A stretch of DNA of 64,000 bases, from positions 234,608 through 298,607 of the forward strand of contig JBFWRP010000002.1 of the NCBI GenBank assembly GCA_050248855.1, read 5' to 3'. The first letter of the stretch is position 1; every line of letters begins with the position of its first letter. Below are positions 47,105-56,422 of this stretch, piece by piece. The translations under genes and the position numbers were made by a program. The stretch comes from Planctomycetota bacterium. GTDB lineage: Bacteria > Planctomycetota > PLA2 > JAEUHO01. The notes under the pieces were generated by a model. That model was not told the DNA's origin and ran no database searches. It saw only the letters and a program-made list of their open reading frames with translations.

Positions 47105-47728
47105 CTACCGAGGCGCTGCGCGCCGCATCCACCCGTGGGCGATCAAGTGCTCGCGCAGGGAGCCATCGTGCCCCATCCGGTGGTGCAAGAACGGCACGCT
47201 CGCCGCCGCGGCGGCGCGCGCGTCGAACGCCGTGTCACCCACCATGCCGGCCTCACCGGGGACTACGCCCAAGGCGGTGAGCGCTCGCAGGACGAGGTCG
47301 GGCGCGGGCTTCTCGCGCACGCCGGGGGACAGTGCGCTCACGAAGTCGGCGAGGTCGTCCAGACCCGCGGCCCGCAGCACGGCGCCCGCAAGATCGTCCT
47401 GCGTGTTCGTGACGACGGCACGACGCACGCCCGCGCGCCCGAGCTCGCGGAGCACGTCGGCCGCCTCCTCGTCCACGCGCACCTCGTGGAGGTGCTCCGG
47501 CATCGCGCGGGCGAAGGAGGCGCGGACCTGGGCAACGGTCGCGCCGGGGTAGAAGCGGCGGACATCCTCTTCCAGGCCTTGGCCGAACGCATCGCGCATG
47601 TCGGCTTCGGAGATGGGCGGATGCCCGAGCTCCCGCGCGGTGGCGTTCACGACGGCGAGCCAGATGCCGAACGAGTCGACGAGCACGCCGTCCATGTCGA
47701 ACAGGACGGCCGCGGGACGATGGGCCAC
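47105..47728 (-). CDS. HAD family hydrolase (phosphoglycolate phosphatase-like)
   Basis: FDMDGVLVDS, VVTN, KPAPD, MVGD. Confidence 0.9.
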   Translation of the reverse strand: MAHRPAAVLFDMDGVLVDSFGIWLAVVNATARELGHPPISEADMRDAFGQGLEEDVRRFYPGATVAQVRASFARAMPEHLHEVRVDEEAADVLRELGRAGVRRAVVTNTQDDLAGAVLRAAGLDDLADFVSALSPGVREKPAPDLVLRALTALGVVPGEAGMVGDTAFDARAAAAASVPFLHHRMGHDGSLREHLIAHGWMRRAAPR

Positions 47729-47729
47729 G

Positions 47730-48638
47730 TCAGCCGCGCGCCCGAGCCAAGCGGCGCTCGATCACCTGCTCGTCGGCGTCGAAGTCATGGGCCTGGACGC
47801 GTTCGCGGAAGCCCTCCGGTGCGGCCTCGGCCGGGATAAGGCCCACGACTTCGCTGCCGGCCACTTCGACGCCGGCTTCCTTGGCCTTGGCCGCGATCAC
47901 GTCGAAGACGTCGGTCGGGCTCGTCGTGCGATAGTCCACGAGGTTCATCGAGACCTGCACGAGGCGTTGCTCGGGCAGGTCGAAGCCCATGGCCTTGACG
48001 GCGGGCAGGCCGCCGTCCTTCTCGCGGATGGACTTGGCGATCCGCCGGGCCAGCTCGAGATCTCGCGATGCGAGGTTCACGTTGTAGGCGACGAGGAAGA
48101 ACCGCGCGCCGACGGCCGTGATGCCGGCCGTCGGGTGCACCGCCGCCTCGCCGAAGTCGGGAAGCCGCCGCGGGTCCACCGCGATCGTGTCGCGAATGCC
48201 CTCGAACTGGCCCCTGCGCACGGCCGCGAGATCGGCCCGCTCGGGCCGCATCGCGGCCTTCGCGTAGAGGTAGGTGGGGACGCGCAGCTCGTTCCAGATC
48301 CGCTCGGCCGCCGTGCGGGCGGCGGCGACGGCGTCGTCCATCGAGCTGCCCGCCAGCGGGATGAAAGGCACGACGTCGGTCGCCCCCATGCGCGGATGCG
48401 CCCCGTGGTGGCGATTGAGGTCGATGCGGTCGCGGGCGGCGCGGACTCCAGCGACAGCGCCGTCGATCACCTGCTGGGCGGTCCCGGCCAGGGTGATGAC
48501 CGTCCGGTTGTGGTCGGCGTCGGCGTCCACGCCCAGCGGCGTGGCGCCGGCCGACGCGAACGCATCGGCGATCGCCTCGATCTCGTGCGGCCGACGGCCG
48601 TCGCTGATGTTGGGAACGCACTCGAGCAGACCGGCCAT
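47730..48638 (-). CDS. ftcD: Glutamate formimidoyltransferase (stand-alone FT domain)
   Basis: ECVPNISDGR, DADHNRTV, HPRMGATDVVPF, HPTAG..VGAR, QVSMNL. Confidence 0.92.
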   Translation of the reverse strand: MAGLLECVPNISDGRRPHEIEAIADAFASAGATPLGVDADADHNRTVITLAGTAQQVIDGAVAGVRAARDRIDLNRHHGAHPRMGATDVVPFIPLAGSSMDDAVAAARTAAERIWNELRVPTYLYAKAAMRPERADLAAVRRGQFEGIRDTIAVDPRRLPDFGEAAVHPTAGITAVGARFFLVAYNVNLASRDLELARRIAKSIREKDGGLPAVKAMGFDLPEQRLVQVSMNLVDYRTTSPTDVFDVIAAKAKEAGVEVAGSEVVGLIPAEAAPEGFRERVQAHDFDADEQVIERRLARARG

Positions 48639-48678
48639 CGTCGGGTTGCCTCGCAGCGGGACTCGCCTCGGGCCGAGG

Positions 48679-49740
48679 CTACCCGGCGCATCCCACGGCG
48701 CCGAGGGCGCGTCCGACGGCCGCGGTCCAGGCGTCCAGGCCTTCGACGATGTCCATCGCGGTGACCACGACGCCCACCGGGACCGCGCCCGCGGCCCGCC
48801 CTGCGGGGGCCAGCTTCATCGCGTCCTTGCGCGTCACGAGCAGTGCACGCGCACCCGTGGCCCGGGCCCGCTGGCGGAGCGCGGCCAGCCGCTCGGCGGA
48901 CGCCGGGCGATGGTCGCCAAGCGCCACGTGCCAACGCACCTCGGCCCCGAGGTCCTCCACCGTGGCGCGGAAGGCGCCGGGGGCGCCGATGCCCGACAGC
49001 AGGGCCACGGGCAGCCCGTAGAGGGCCGCAGGATCCGTGTCGGCGAGGCCCTCGATGCGCAGCACGCGCGTGGCGGTGAAGGCCAGGGGCGCTGCCGTGA
49101 AGCGCGCGACCTCCAGCGCGCGCTCCAGGCGCGCTGCGGGCATCAAGCCCTCGGCGCGCGTGATGACGACGAGGTCCGCTCGGGACAGCGCCGCGGGTGG
49201 CTCGCGCAGGCGCCCGCGCGGCAGCAGGTGGGCACGGGCCAGCGGCTCCCGGCCGTCCAGGAGCACGATGTCCAGGTCGCGGCGGACCCGTCGGTGCTGG
49301 AAGCCATCGTCGAGCAGGAGCACGTCGGTGCGCGGGTGGGCGGCGAGCAGCCGGTGCGCGGCGGCGACCCGATCCGCATCCTGCACCTGCGGCACGAGGT
49401 CGCCCAGGGCCGCGGCAATCTCGCGGCCTTCGTCGTTGAGCGTTTCGCCCGGCTCACGCCGGTAGCCGCGGGCCACGACGCCCGGACGCCGCCCCCGCCG
49501 GAGCAGCTCGTCGGCCAGCATGATGACGAGCGGCGTCTTGCCGGTGCCGCCCGCGGCAAGATTGCCGACCGAGATCACGGGAAGCGGAAGGCGGACCGTC
49601 TCGCGCCAGCCGGCGTCATACAGCTGGCCGCGCACCGCGACGGCCGCGCGGTAGGGAAGCCCCAGCAGGTCCAAGCCGAGGCCGCGTACCGCCTGGACCA
49701 GGCCCGGCGAGCTGGCAACGGGGGCCGGGGTCTCCGCCAT
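48679..49740 (-). CDS. lpxK: Tetraacyldisaccharide 4'-kinase
   Basis: VISVGNLAAGGTGKTP, RGY, LDDGFQH, LLPRGRLRE, TRKDAMK. Confidence 0.93.
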   Translation of the reverse strand: MAETPAPVASSPGLVQAVRGLGLDLLGLPYRAAVAVRGQLYDAGWRETVRLPLPVISVGNLAAGGTGKTPLVIMLADELLRRGRRPGVVARGYRREPGETLNDEGREIAAALGDLVPQVQDADRVAAAHRLLAAHPRTDVLLLDDGFQHRRVRRDLDIVLLDGREPLARAHLLPRGRLREPPAALSRADLVVITRAEGLMPAARLERALEVARFTAAPLAFTATRVLRIEGLADTDPAALYGLPVALLSGIGAPGAFRATVEDLGAEVRWHVALGDHRPASAERLAALRQRARATGARALLVTRKDAMKLAPAGRAAGAVPVGVVVTAMDIVEGLDAWTAAVGRALGAVGCAG

Positions 49741-49848
49741 GGGCCCAAGCGTACGGCGCTCGGCGTGCAGCCCGTCCCTTCGGACACGACGACGCCCCCG
49801 AAGGAGGCCTCCGGGGGCGTCAGGTCGATACCGGGGGCGCGCCCGGAG

Positions 49849-50544
49849 TCAGTTCGGGAGCTTGATCTCCAACCCCGCCGGCAGCTCGGTGAAGGCGCTG
49901 TCGTGCAGGTGGCTGTTGAGCGCGAAGATCGAGGGCCAACGCTCCTTGGTCTTGAAGACGAGACGCGAGATGCGCTCCCACGTGTCGCCACTGCGCGTGG
50001 TGTACGTGCCGCCCGGGCGGGCGCGCGAGTCCGTGTTCACGAGCACGTCGGGGGCGGGCGTGGCGGCGCCCCGAAGGACGTCCTCCTTGGAGGGCAGCTT
50101 GATCACCTGGCCGGCCCGGAGGAACTCGCCGAGGCCCGGGTTGGCGTCCTGGATCGCCTTCACGTAGCGAGTGGAGCCGTACTCACGCTGCGCGATCAGG
50201 CCGAGCGTCTCGCCGGCCTGGACCATGTAGTCGGTGAGGACGGGCGCCGCGGGCACGTCGTCGCGCGGCTCGGGTGCCGGCGGCACGGGAATCGGGATGG
50301 GCAGCGGGTCGGGCCCCTGCAGGCGGATGTGATCGGGCAGGGGCAGCGGACCGCCACCGTCGTCGTCCTGGGGCGGAGGAGGCAGCGGGCCGGGATCGAG
50401 GCGCTCGTCGACGAGGAGCGAGCTGTTGTCGGTGGCCTCGTTGGAGACGTCCGGCCGGTCCGTCCACGTGTGCAGGGCGACCACCAGGATCATCACGATG
50501 ATGACCACGATCACCACGACGGAGAGCTTCTCGAAGTTGCCCAT
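49849..50544 (-). CDS. Membrane-anchored protein with two LysM domains
   Basis: N-terminal TM, YMVQAGETLGLIA...LRAGQVIKLP and YTTRSGDTW...LEIKLP. Confidence 0.88.
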   Translation of the reverse strand: MGNFEKLSVVVIVVIIVMILVVALHTWTDRPDVSNEATDNSSLLVDERLDPGPLPPPPQDDDGGGPLPLPDHIRLQGPDPLPIPIPVPPAPEPRDDVPAAPVLTDYMVQAGETLGLIAQREYGSTRYVKAIQDANPGLGEFLRAGQVIKLPSKEDVLRGAATPAPDVLVNTDSRARPGGTYTTRSGDTWERISRLVFKTKERWPSIFALNSHLHDSAFTELPAGLEIKLPN

Positions 50545-51046
50545 GCATCCCTCCTGCCGGGCCCGTCCCGCCCGGTGCAGCTGCTGCGGTCAAGCGGGCG
50601 GCCGTGCCGCCTCGAGCCCTTCGCCGGGCGCCGAGGCCATGGCGCTACGCCGCCTTCTCCTCCGGGTCGGGGATCCGCACGACGCCGCCACCCTCCTCGG
50701 GTGCACGCGGCGACCGGAACCCCGCCCGTGCCGATCCTAGGAGCGCCCGTCGGGATGGCAATGGGCGAGTCGCTACATCTGGTGGAAAAATGCGTGAGGG
50801 GCCCCTAGGGAAGGTAGGGCGCCCCACTTGGTCTCCGGCGGAGCTCGAGGTCGCGGCGGCCGGTGCCCCGGGCCGCGCGGCCCGGTTCCTGCCGGGATGC
50901 AGGGAGGTGCGAGGTAGCGGGGCCCCGCTCCTCTGCGGATACTCGTGGAGGCTTCGTCCGGCCTCCGCGCGGCCCGACGAGCTCCGCCCGGCGCCTCGCT
51001 GCCAGCCTTCGCGCGATCCCGTCCCCTGCGCCTCCGGGAGCTCCCC

Positions 51047-53425
51047 ATGAACCAGCCCGCCACCGCCACGCCCTCGTGGTCCCTCTTTGCCGTCGCGCTC
51101 TTGCTCGCCCTCCTGGTCACCCCGTTCGCCTCCACGGCCTGCGCCGAGGAGCCCGCTACGCCGGCGGCCGAGGGGGGTGGCGAGGGAGACGACCCCCCGA
51201 CCGAGGAGACCGAGGCCGAGCGCAAGGCGCGCGAGGCGGCCGAGGCCAAGGCCAAGGCGGAGAAGGACCTGCTGGAGCAGGAGGCGGCCCAGGCCGAGAA
51301 AGAGGAAAGGGAGCGCCAGAACCCCACGCGCAACGGCCTCCCCCCGCTGGACCCGATCCCGACCGATCCGTCGTGCACGCCCTACGCGGGCGGGATGATC
51401 TTGATCCCGCGCGGCAAGGCCACCATCGGCACCAAGCCCGCCCAGCTGGCGAGCATGCTCGAGGGGCGGCCCAAGGAGCAGGTCGACGTCTTCCTGTTCG
51501 AGCGGCCGCAGACGGTGCGCGACATCGGTCCCTACCTCTACATGCGGACCGAGGTGACGAATGCCCAGTACCTGCAGTTCATGCAGACGTCGACCCGCGT
51601 CTACGACACCGACAAGGAGCGCACCAACACGATCGCCGGCATCGCGCGTGAGATCTGGAGCGTCGACGAGAAGGAGGCCCGGGGGCCCAAGTACCGTGCG
51701 CACCGGCAGCTGTACGAGGCGAACAAGGAGGTCATCTGGGCCGCCTTCCAGGCCGCCAAAAAGAACGGCCTGCCCATCTTCGACCAGCTCGTCAAGCGTC
51801 TGCCCAATGGCGACATCGACGAGCACGCCACGTTCCTCGCGATGGTCCACGAGCCGCTTCCCCACGGCACCAAGCTCACCTACACGGCCGTCCGCCCGCC
51901 GGACCACTGGGCGGGCAACACGCCGCCCGACGACGAGCTCGACCACCCCGTGCGTGGCATCAGCTACAACGACGCCGAGCTCTTTGCCGCCTGGGCGGGC
52001 ATGCACGTGCAGCTCGAAGAGGAGTTCGAGTACGCCGCACGTGGCCCGGAGGCCCACACCTGGCCGTGGGGCGAAGAGCGCATGACGGACGAGCGCCGCG
52101 CCAACTGGGGCACCAAGATCGTCGGGAGCGACTACGAGGCCAGGACCGTGCCCGTAGGCGAGATCGAAGCCGGCGCCTCGTGGTGCGGCGCCGTGGACCA
52201 GGTCGGAAACGTCGCGGAGTGGACCGGCAGCTGGTTCAAGCGCTACCCCGGCGACGACCAGAAGACGGAGAACTCCTGGCTGGGCGAGTACGTCAAGGTC
52301 ATCCGCGGAGGAAGCGCGAAGGACCTCGAGTGGCTCGTGCTGCGCCCGGCGTTCCGCAACTGGCAGGGTGGCGGCAGCCATGCGCCGCCCTACCCCAGCA
52401 ACCGCTTCCCGTGGGTGGGGTTCCGCTGCGCCGCCTACCTCGATCCGGGCCGTGACCACATCGGCCCCATCGACCGGCGCATCACGCGGCGCCTGAAGGT
52501 GCGCTCCTCCTGGCTGGACGAAGATCGCTACCTCGGCGCCGCCACGCGCGACTGGGCGCCTGCGGGCACCATCGCCGAGAACCACGTCCACGTCCTCGGG
52601 CCCTCGTACTCGGTGGTCTTCATCCCGCTCAAGGCCATGTTCTTCGAGGACTCGGTCAAGGAGAACAAGGAGCTCTGGGAGAAGCCGAGCAAGGCCAACA
52701 AGGGCGTCACGCTGAAGAGGAAGTCCGAGTCGGAGTTCTGCTTCCTGCCGGTCGGCGTGCTCCACAGCGACGTCGACTTGGTCGAGCTCGACATCATCAA
52801 GCCCGAGAGCGAGATGACCGAGGACGAGCTGAAGGACCTCGAGAAGAAGCGCAAGCGCAAGGACGCCTTCAAGCCCCTCACGAAGGGCGGTGGCGTGGCC
52901 CCCGCCGGCACCTACATCGTGGGCTACTGGTACGGCGAGGCCGCCCTGTTCGACGCCTCGATGGACTTGGTCGCCTTCATTCCCAAGATGCTCGAGCAGC
53001 TCATCCAGGTCGACGTCCAGAAGGCCAAGGCGGACAAAGTCCCGCCGTCGTCGCTCATGCTCGACGCCGACCTGGACGAGGGGCGCATCCAGCACTGGTT
53101 CCCGCTCGGCGGCAAGAAGCCCGATGCCAAGCTGTGGGTCACGCTGGACATCGGTCTGCGCTTCGCCCCGGGTCAGCTGTACGCCAAGTCCAAGGCGGAG
53201 AAGAACCCCTGGGAGCTCTCCACGCCGGCGACGCGGGCCGAGGCCCGGGCAGCGGAGGGCGGCGCCGAGGGCGAGGCCAAGCCCGACGGCGAGCCGGACA
53301 AGCCCGAGGCGGGCGACGACGACGAGGGCGACGTGCCCGACGAGCCCGACGGGTCCACGGACGAGCCGGAGGACGAGCCGGAGGACGAGCCGACGAAGGA
53401 CGAGCCGGCGGGCGAGCCCAAGTAG
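51047..53425 (+). CDS. Secreted SUMF1/FGE-sulfatase domain protein with a long C-terminal extension
   Basis: TEVTNAQY, HPVRGISY.DA, EFEYAARG, WPWG, GNVAEW, RGGS, GFRC. Acidic tail. Confidence 0.85.
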   Translation: MNQPATATPSWSLFAVALLLALLVTPFASTACAEEPATPAAEGGGEGDDPPTEETEAERKAREAAEAKAKAEKDLLEQEAAQAEKEERERQNPTRNGLPPLDPIPTDPSCTPYAGGMILIPRGKATIGTKPAQLASMLEGRPKEQVDVFLFERPQTVRDIGPYLYMRTEVTNAQYLQFMQTSTRVYDTDKERTNTIAGIAREIWSVDEKEARGPKYRAHRQLYEANKEVIWAAFQAAKKNGLPIFDQLVKRLPNGDIDEHATFLAMVHEPLPHGTKLTYTAVRPPDHWAGNTPPDDELDHPVRGISYNDAELFAAWAGMHVQLEEEFEYAARGPEAHTWPWGEERMTDERRANWGTKIVGSDYEARTVPVGEIEAGASWCGAVDQVGNVAEWTGSWFKRYPGDDQKTENSWLGEYVKVIRGGSAKDLEWLVLRPAFRNWQGGGSHAPPYPSNRFPWVGFRCAAYLDPGRDHIGPIDRRITRRLKVRSSWLDEDRYLGAATRDWAPAGTIAENHVHVLGPSYSVVFIPLKAMFFEDSVKENKELWEKPSKANKGVTLKRKSESEFCFLPVGVLHSDVDLVELDIIKPESEMTEDELKDLEKKRKRKDAFKPLTKGGGVAPAGTYIVGYWYGEAALFDASMDLVAFIPKMLEQLIQVDVQKAKADKVPPSSLMLDADLDEGRIQHWFPLGGKKPDAKLWVTLDIGLRFAPGQLYAKSKAEKNPWELSTPATRAEARAAEGGAEGEAKPDGEPDKPEAGDDDEGDVPDEPDGSTDEPEDEPEDEPTKDEPAGEPK

Positions 53426-53490
53426 CGCGCCGCGACCCTGCCTCGCCAGCCGCCGCGTCTGCGGTGATCCTGCGCGCGGAGGACCCCGCG

Positions 53491-54147
53491 ATGGCCGACT
53501 CGTTCCGCTCGATGACCTTGGATGCGTTCTCGGAGGCGCTGGCGTCCGACGCACCGACGCCCGGCGGCGGGACGGGTGCGGCCGTGGCAGGGGCGCTCGG
53601 CGCGGCGCTCGTGGCGATGCTCGCGGGCCTGACCGTGGGCCGCAAGAAGTACGCCTCGGCGCACGAGCTGATGGTGGCCATCGGCGAGGAGGCCAACGCG
53701 GCGCGCGAGGCCCTGCTGGAGCTCGCCGAGGAAGACGCCCAAGCCTACGAGGCCGTCGGCGCGGCACTCCAGATGCCCAAGGACACCGACGCGGCGAAGG
53801 CCGCCCGCAGCGAGGCCCTCCAAGCGGCCATGAAGGGCGCCTGTGACGTGCCGCTGCGCGTCATGGAGCGTTGCCTCGAGGTCATCGGGTACGCGAAGAA
53901 CGCCGTGCGCCGCGGCAACGTGAACGCGGCGTCCGACGGTGCCGCGGGCGCCGAGCTGGCGCGCGCGGCCCTCAAGGTCGCGGCCTACAACGTCAAGATC
54001 AACCTCGGCAGCATCCACGACGAGGCCTACGTCGCTGCCGCCCGCACGCGCCTGGACGAGATGCTCTACATGGGCACGGCCGCGGCCCAGGAGATCGACA
54101 GCCACGTCAACGACCTCTGGTCGCCTCGCGGCACCGCGAGCGCGTGA
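53491..54147 (+). CDS. Formimidoyltetrahydrofolate cyclodeaminase / methenyl-THF cyclohydrolase family (FTCD C-terminal domain)
   Basis: LASDAPTPGGG, GNVNAASD, AAYNVKINL. GGAGG RBS. Confidence 0.9.
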   Translation: MADSFRSMTLDAFSEALASDAPTPGGGTGAAVAGALGAALVAMLAGLTVGRKKYASAHELMVAIGEEANAAREALLELAEEDAQAYEAVGAALQMPKDTDAAKAARSEALQAAMKGACDVPLRVMERCLEVIGYAKNAVRRGNVNAASDGAAGAELARAALKVAAYNVKINLGSIHDEAYVAAARTRLDEMLYMGTAAAQEIDSHVNDLWSPRGTASA

Positions 54148-54151
54148 TCGC

Positions 54152-55066
54152 ATGAGCCGTCCGCTGCTCTCCTTGCGCGGGCTCGCCAAGCACTACGGCA
54201 CCGTCCGGGCGCTCGACGGCGTGGATCTCGACGTCAGCGCGGGCGCCGTTTTCGGCTTCCTCGGCCCCAACGGGGCCGGCAAGACCACGGCGATCCGCAT
54301 CCTCGCGGGGCTCGCCCGTCCTACGCGCGGCGAGGTCCTGCTCGACGGCCGCGACCTGCTGCGCGACCGCACGCGCGCCGCGGTCGGATTCCGGGCCTTG
54401 GTCGAAGTCCCGGCCTTCCACCCCGGGCTGACGGGCCTCGAGAACCTGCTCGTGTTCACGCGGCTCGCGCGCGCGCCGGCGTCGGACGCCGTCGCGCTCC
54501 TGGAGCGCCTGGGCCTGGCCCACGCCGCCGAGCGCGCCGTGGGGGGCTACTCGCTGGGAATGCGCCAGCGGCTCGGCATCGCGCAGGCCCTGGTCGGTCA
54601 GCCGCGTCTCGTCGTTCTCGACGAGCCCATGAACGGCTTGGACCCCGCTGCCATCCATCTCGTGCGCGAGCTCGTTCGTGAGCGCGCGGGGCAACACGGC
54701 GTCACGTTCTTCCTGTCGAGCCACCTGCTCCACGATGTCGAGACGCTCTGCAGCGAGGTCGGCATCCTCCACCGCGGCAAGCTCGTGGCGGGGGGGCGCA
54801 TGGAGGACCTGCTGGCGGCCGCGACGCCGGGCTGGCGCCTGTCCACGGCGGACGACGCGCGGGCCGTCGAGGTGCTGTCCGAGCATGTGCCGACGTCGCG
54901 CCCGGTGCGCGAGCACGACGCCGTGCGCATCGAAGGCGACGCGGACGTGCTGGCGTCCGCGCAGCTCGTGCTCGCCCAGGCAGGGCTCCCCGCCAGGAGC
55001 GTGGCCGCGCTGCGCGGGTCGCTCGAGCGCACGTTCCTCGACGCCACCGAGGGGGTCATGGGATGA
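54152..55066 (+). CDS. ABC-2 type ATP-binding protein
   Basis: GPNGAGKT, YSLGMRQR, LDEPMNGLD, SSH. Confidence 0.93.
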   Translation: MSRPLLSLRGLAKHYGTVRALDGVDLDVSAGAVFGFLGPNGAGKTTAIRILAGLARPTRGEVLLDGRDLLRDRTRAAVGFRALVEVPAFHPGLTGLENLLVFTRLARAPASDAVALLERLGLAHAAERAVGGYSLGMRQRLGIAQALVGQPRLVVLDEPMNGLDPAAIHLVRELVRERAGQHGVTFFLSSHLLHDVETLCSEVGILHRGKLVAGGRMEDLLAAATPGWRLSTADDARAVEVLSEHVPTSRPVREHDAVRIEGDADVLASAQLVLAQAGLPARSVAALRGSLERTFLDATEGVMG

Positions 55067-56298
55067 GCTCCCGCATCGTCCCGATGCTGCGCTGGCTGGG
55101 CTGGGCCGCCGCGCTGGTGGTCGTCCTTGCCCTCGCAAGCGAGCGCGTGGACGCCACGGTCTCGCCCGACGCCTTCGCGCTGGGCACTGCGGCCGTGGCG
55201 GCCGCCGTGACCCTGGTAGGCATCCGCGCCCGGCCCTGGGCGCGCCGTGTCGTCGATCTCCTCGTGGCCTTCGTGGTCGTGGGCGCGTTGGGTTGGCTGC
55301 TTGTCGACGGGGGACGCGAGGGCGACGTCGCGCCCTCGGGCGCGCTCCTGGGCAGCATCGCCCCGCGCTTCGGCCTGTCGTTCCTCGACAGTCCCGATCT
55401 CCCGGCGCCCTGGCCGCTGCTGCTCGTGTTCACCGGTGTGTTCGTGCTGCGGCTGCTTGTTCCGCCCGCGGCGGGTGCGCGCGTCGGACGCCTCGTGCGG
55501 GTCGAGCTGGGCAAGCTCTTCGCAGGCCGCCTCCTGCTGGTGGCCGCGTTGGTCGTCGCCGCCGTGCCCGTGGCGTCGGGCTTGTTGCAGGAGGCACCCG
55601 CCGATGCGACGGGCTGGAGCCAGTGGGCCAGCCTGTTCGGGCGCGGCGCATGGGCCGCCGAGATCTTCGTGCTGGTCCTGGGGGCCGTGGCCCTCGCGGG
55701 CGAGATCGGGCAAGGCACCATGAAGATGGTCCTGCCGCACGCCTACGAGCGCTCCGAGTGGGTGATGGCCAAGGCACTGGTCCTGGCGCTGGCGGCCCTC
55801 CTCCTGGTGGCCGTGGCCTATGCGTCCAGCGGCATCGTGGCCTGGTCCATGCTGGGTCTTGGCGATGTGGTGAAGGACGTCCCGGCCGGCTTCGGCGGGG
55901 AGTCGAAGGTCGAGGTGTTCCAGTCCGCTGCCGTGATGCGCTCGCACCTGATCGACGTGGGCTTGGTCGGGATCGGGAGCGCGGCGTCCACGGCCTGGCT
56001 GGCCCTGGCCATCAGCGCGTTCTTCTCGGGCGTCGTGCCCGCGCTCTCGCTGGCCTTCCTGCTCTACCTGGCGCTGCGCTTCGGTGACCTCCTGCTGGGC
56101 CTCTCGCGCGACGTCACGCGCGTGTTCCCGCCCTCCTACCCCGACTGGATGCGCGACATCGCCGCCAACCTCGGCCGTGGCATGAACGACCGTTGGGACC
56201 CGGCCCTCCTGCCGGACGGTCTCTCCTTCGCCCTGGGCGTCGCCGCCCTCGCGCTCCTCATCTCCCTCCGCGCCTTCGACCGCCGCGAGCTGGGGTAG
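55063..56298 (+). CDS. ABC-2 type permease with an N-terminal TM extension
   Basis: RVELGKL, AGEIGQGTMK..L..R...MAK, C-terminal FDRREL. ATGA overlap. Confidence 0.85.
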   Translation: MSSRIVPMLRWLGWAAALVVVLALASERVDATVSPDAFALGTAAVAAAVTLVGIRARPWARRVVDLLVAFVVVGALGWLLVDGGREGDVAPSGALLGSIAPRFGLSFLDSPDLPAPWPLLLVFTGVFVLRLLVPPAAGARVGRLVRVELGKLFAGRLLLVAALVVAAVPVASGLLQEAPADATGWSQWASLFGRGAWAAEIFVLVLGAVALAGEIGQGTMKMVLPHAYERSEWVMAKALVLALAALLLVAVAYASSGIVAWSMLGLGDVVKDVPAGFGGESKVEVFQSAAVMRSHLIDVGLVGIGSAASTAWLALAISAFFSGVVPALSLAFLLYLALRFGDLLLGLSRDVTRVFPPSYPDWMRDIAANLGRGMNDRWDPALLPDGLSFALGVAALALLISLRAFDRRELG

Positions 56299-56313
56299 AC
56301 AGGAGGCGCCCCG

Positions 56314-56411
56314 GTACGGAGTCGGGTGAGATTCAACCCACGGGCTGCCCGGCACAGTCGCCCGCGGGGGTGTATTGCGGCCCGAGGGTGGAATCTCACC
56401 CGACTCCGTAC
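56314..56411. mobile_element. 98-bp palindromic MITE/REPIN-like element, copy C
   Basis: 32-bp inverted arms GTACGGAGTCGGGTGAGATTC... with two mismatches. Confidence 0.75.
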
Positions 56412-56422
56412 CCTCGTACGGT

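Noticed and set aside
52200..52440. Diversity-generating retroelement target in the FGE-fold gene
   Set aside because: No reverse transcriptase and no template-repeat copy with adenine-specific differences in the window, and the domain is not C-terminal.
1605..53767. Long overlapping or antisense ORFs (e.g. 1605-4154, 3761-6568, 21764-24238, 41098-44016, 50645-53767)
   Set aside because: Arg/Ala/Gly/Pro-rich translations with no motifs, lying over well-supported genes, as expected from stop-codon scarcity at high GC.
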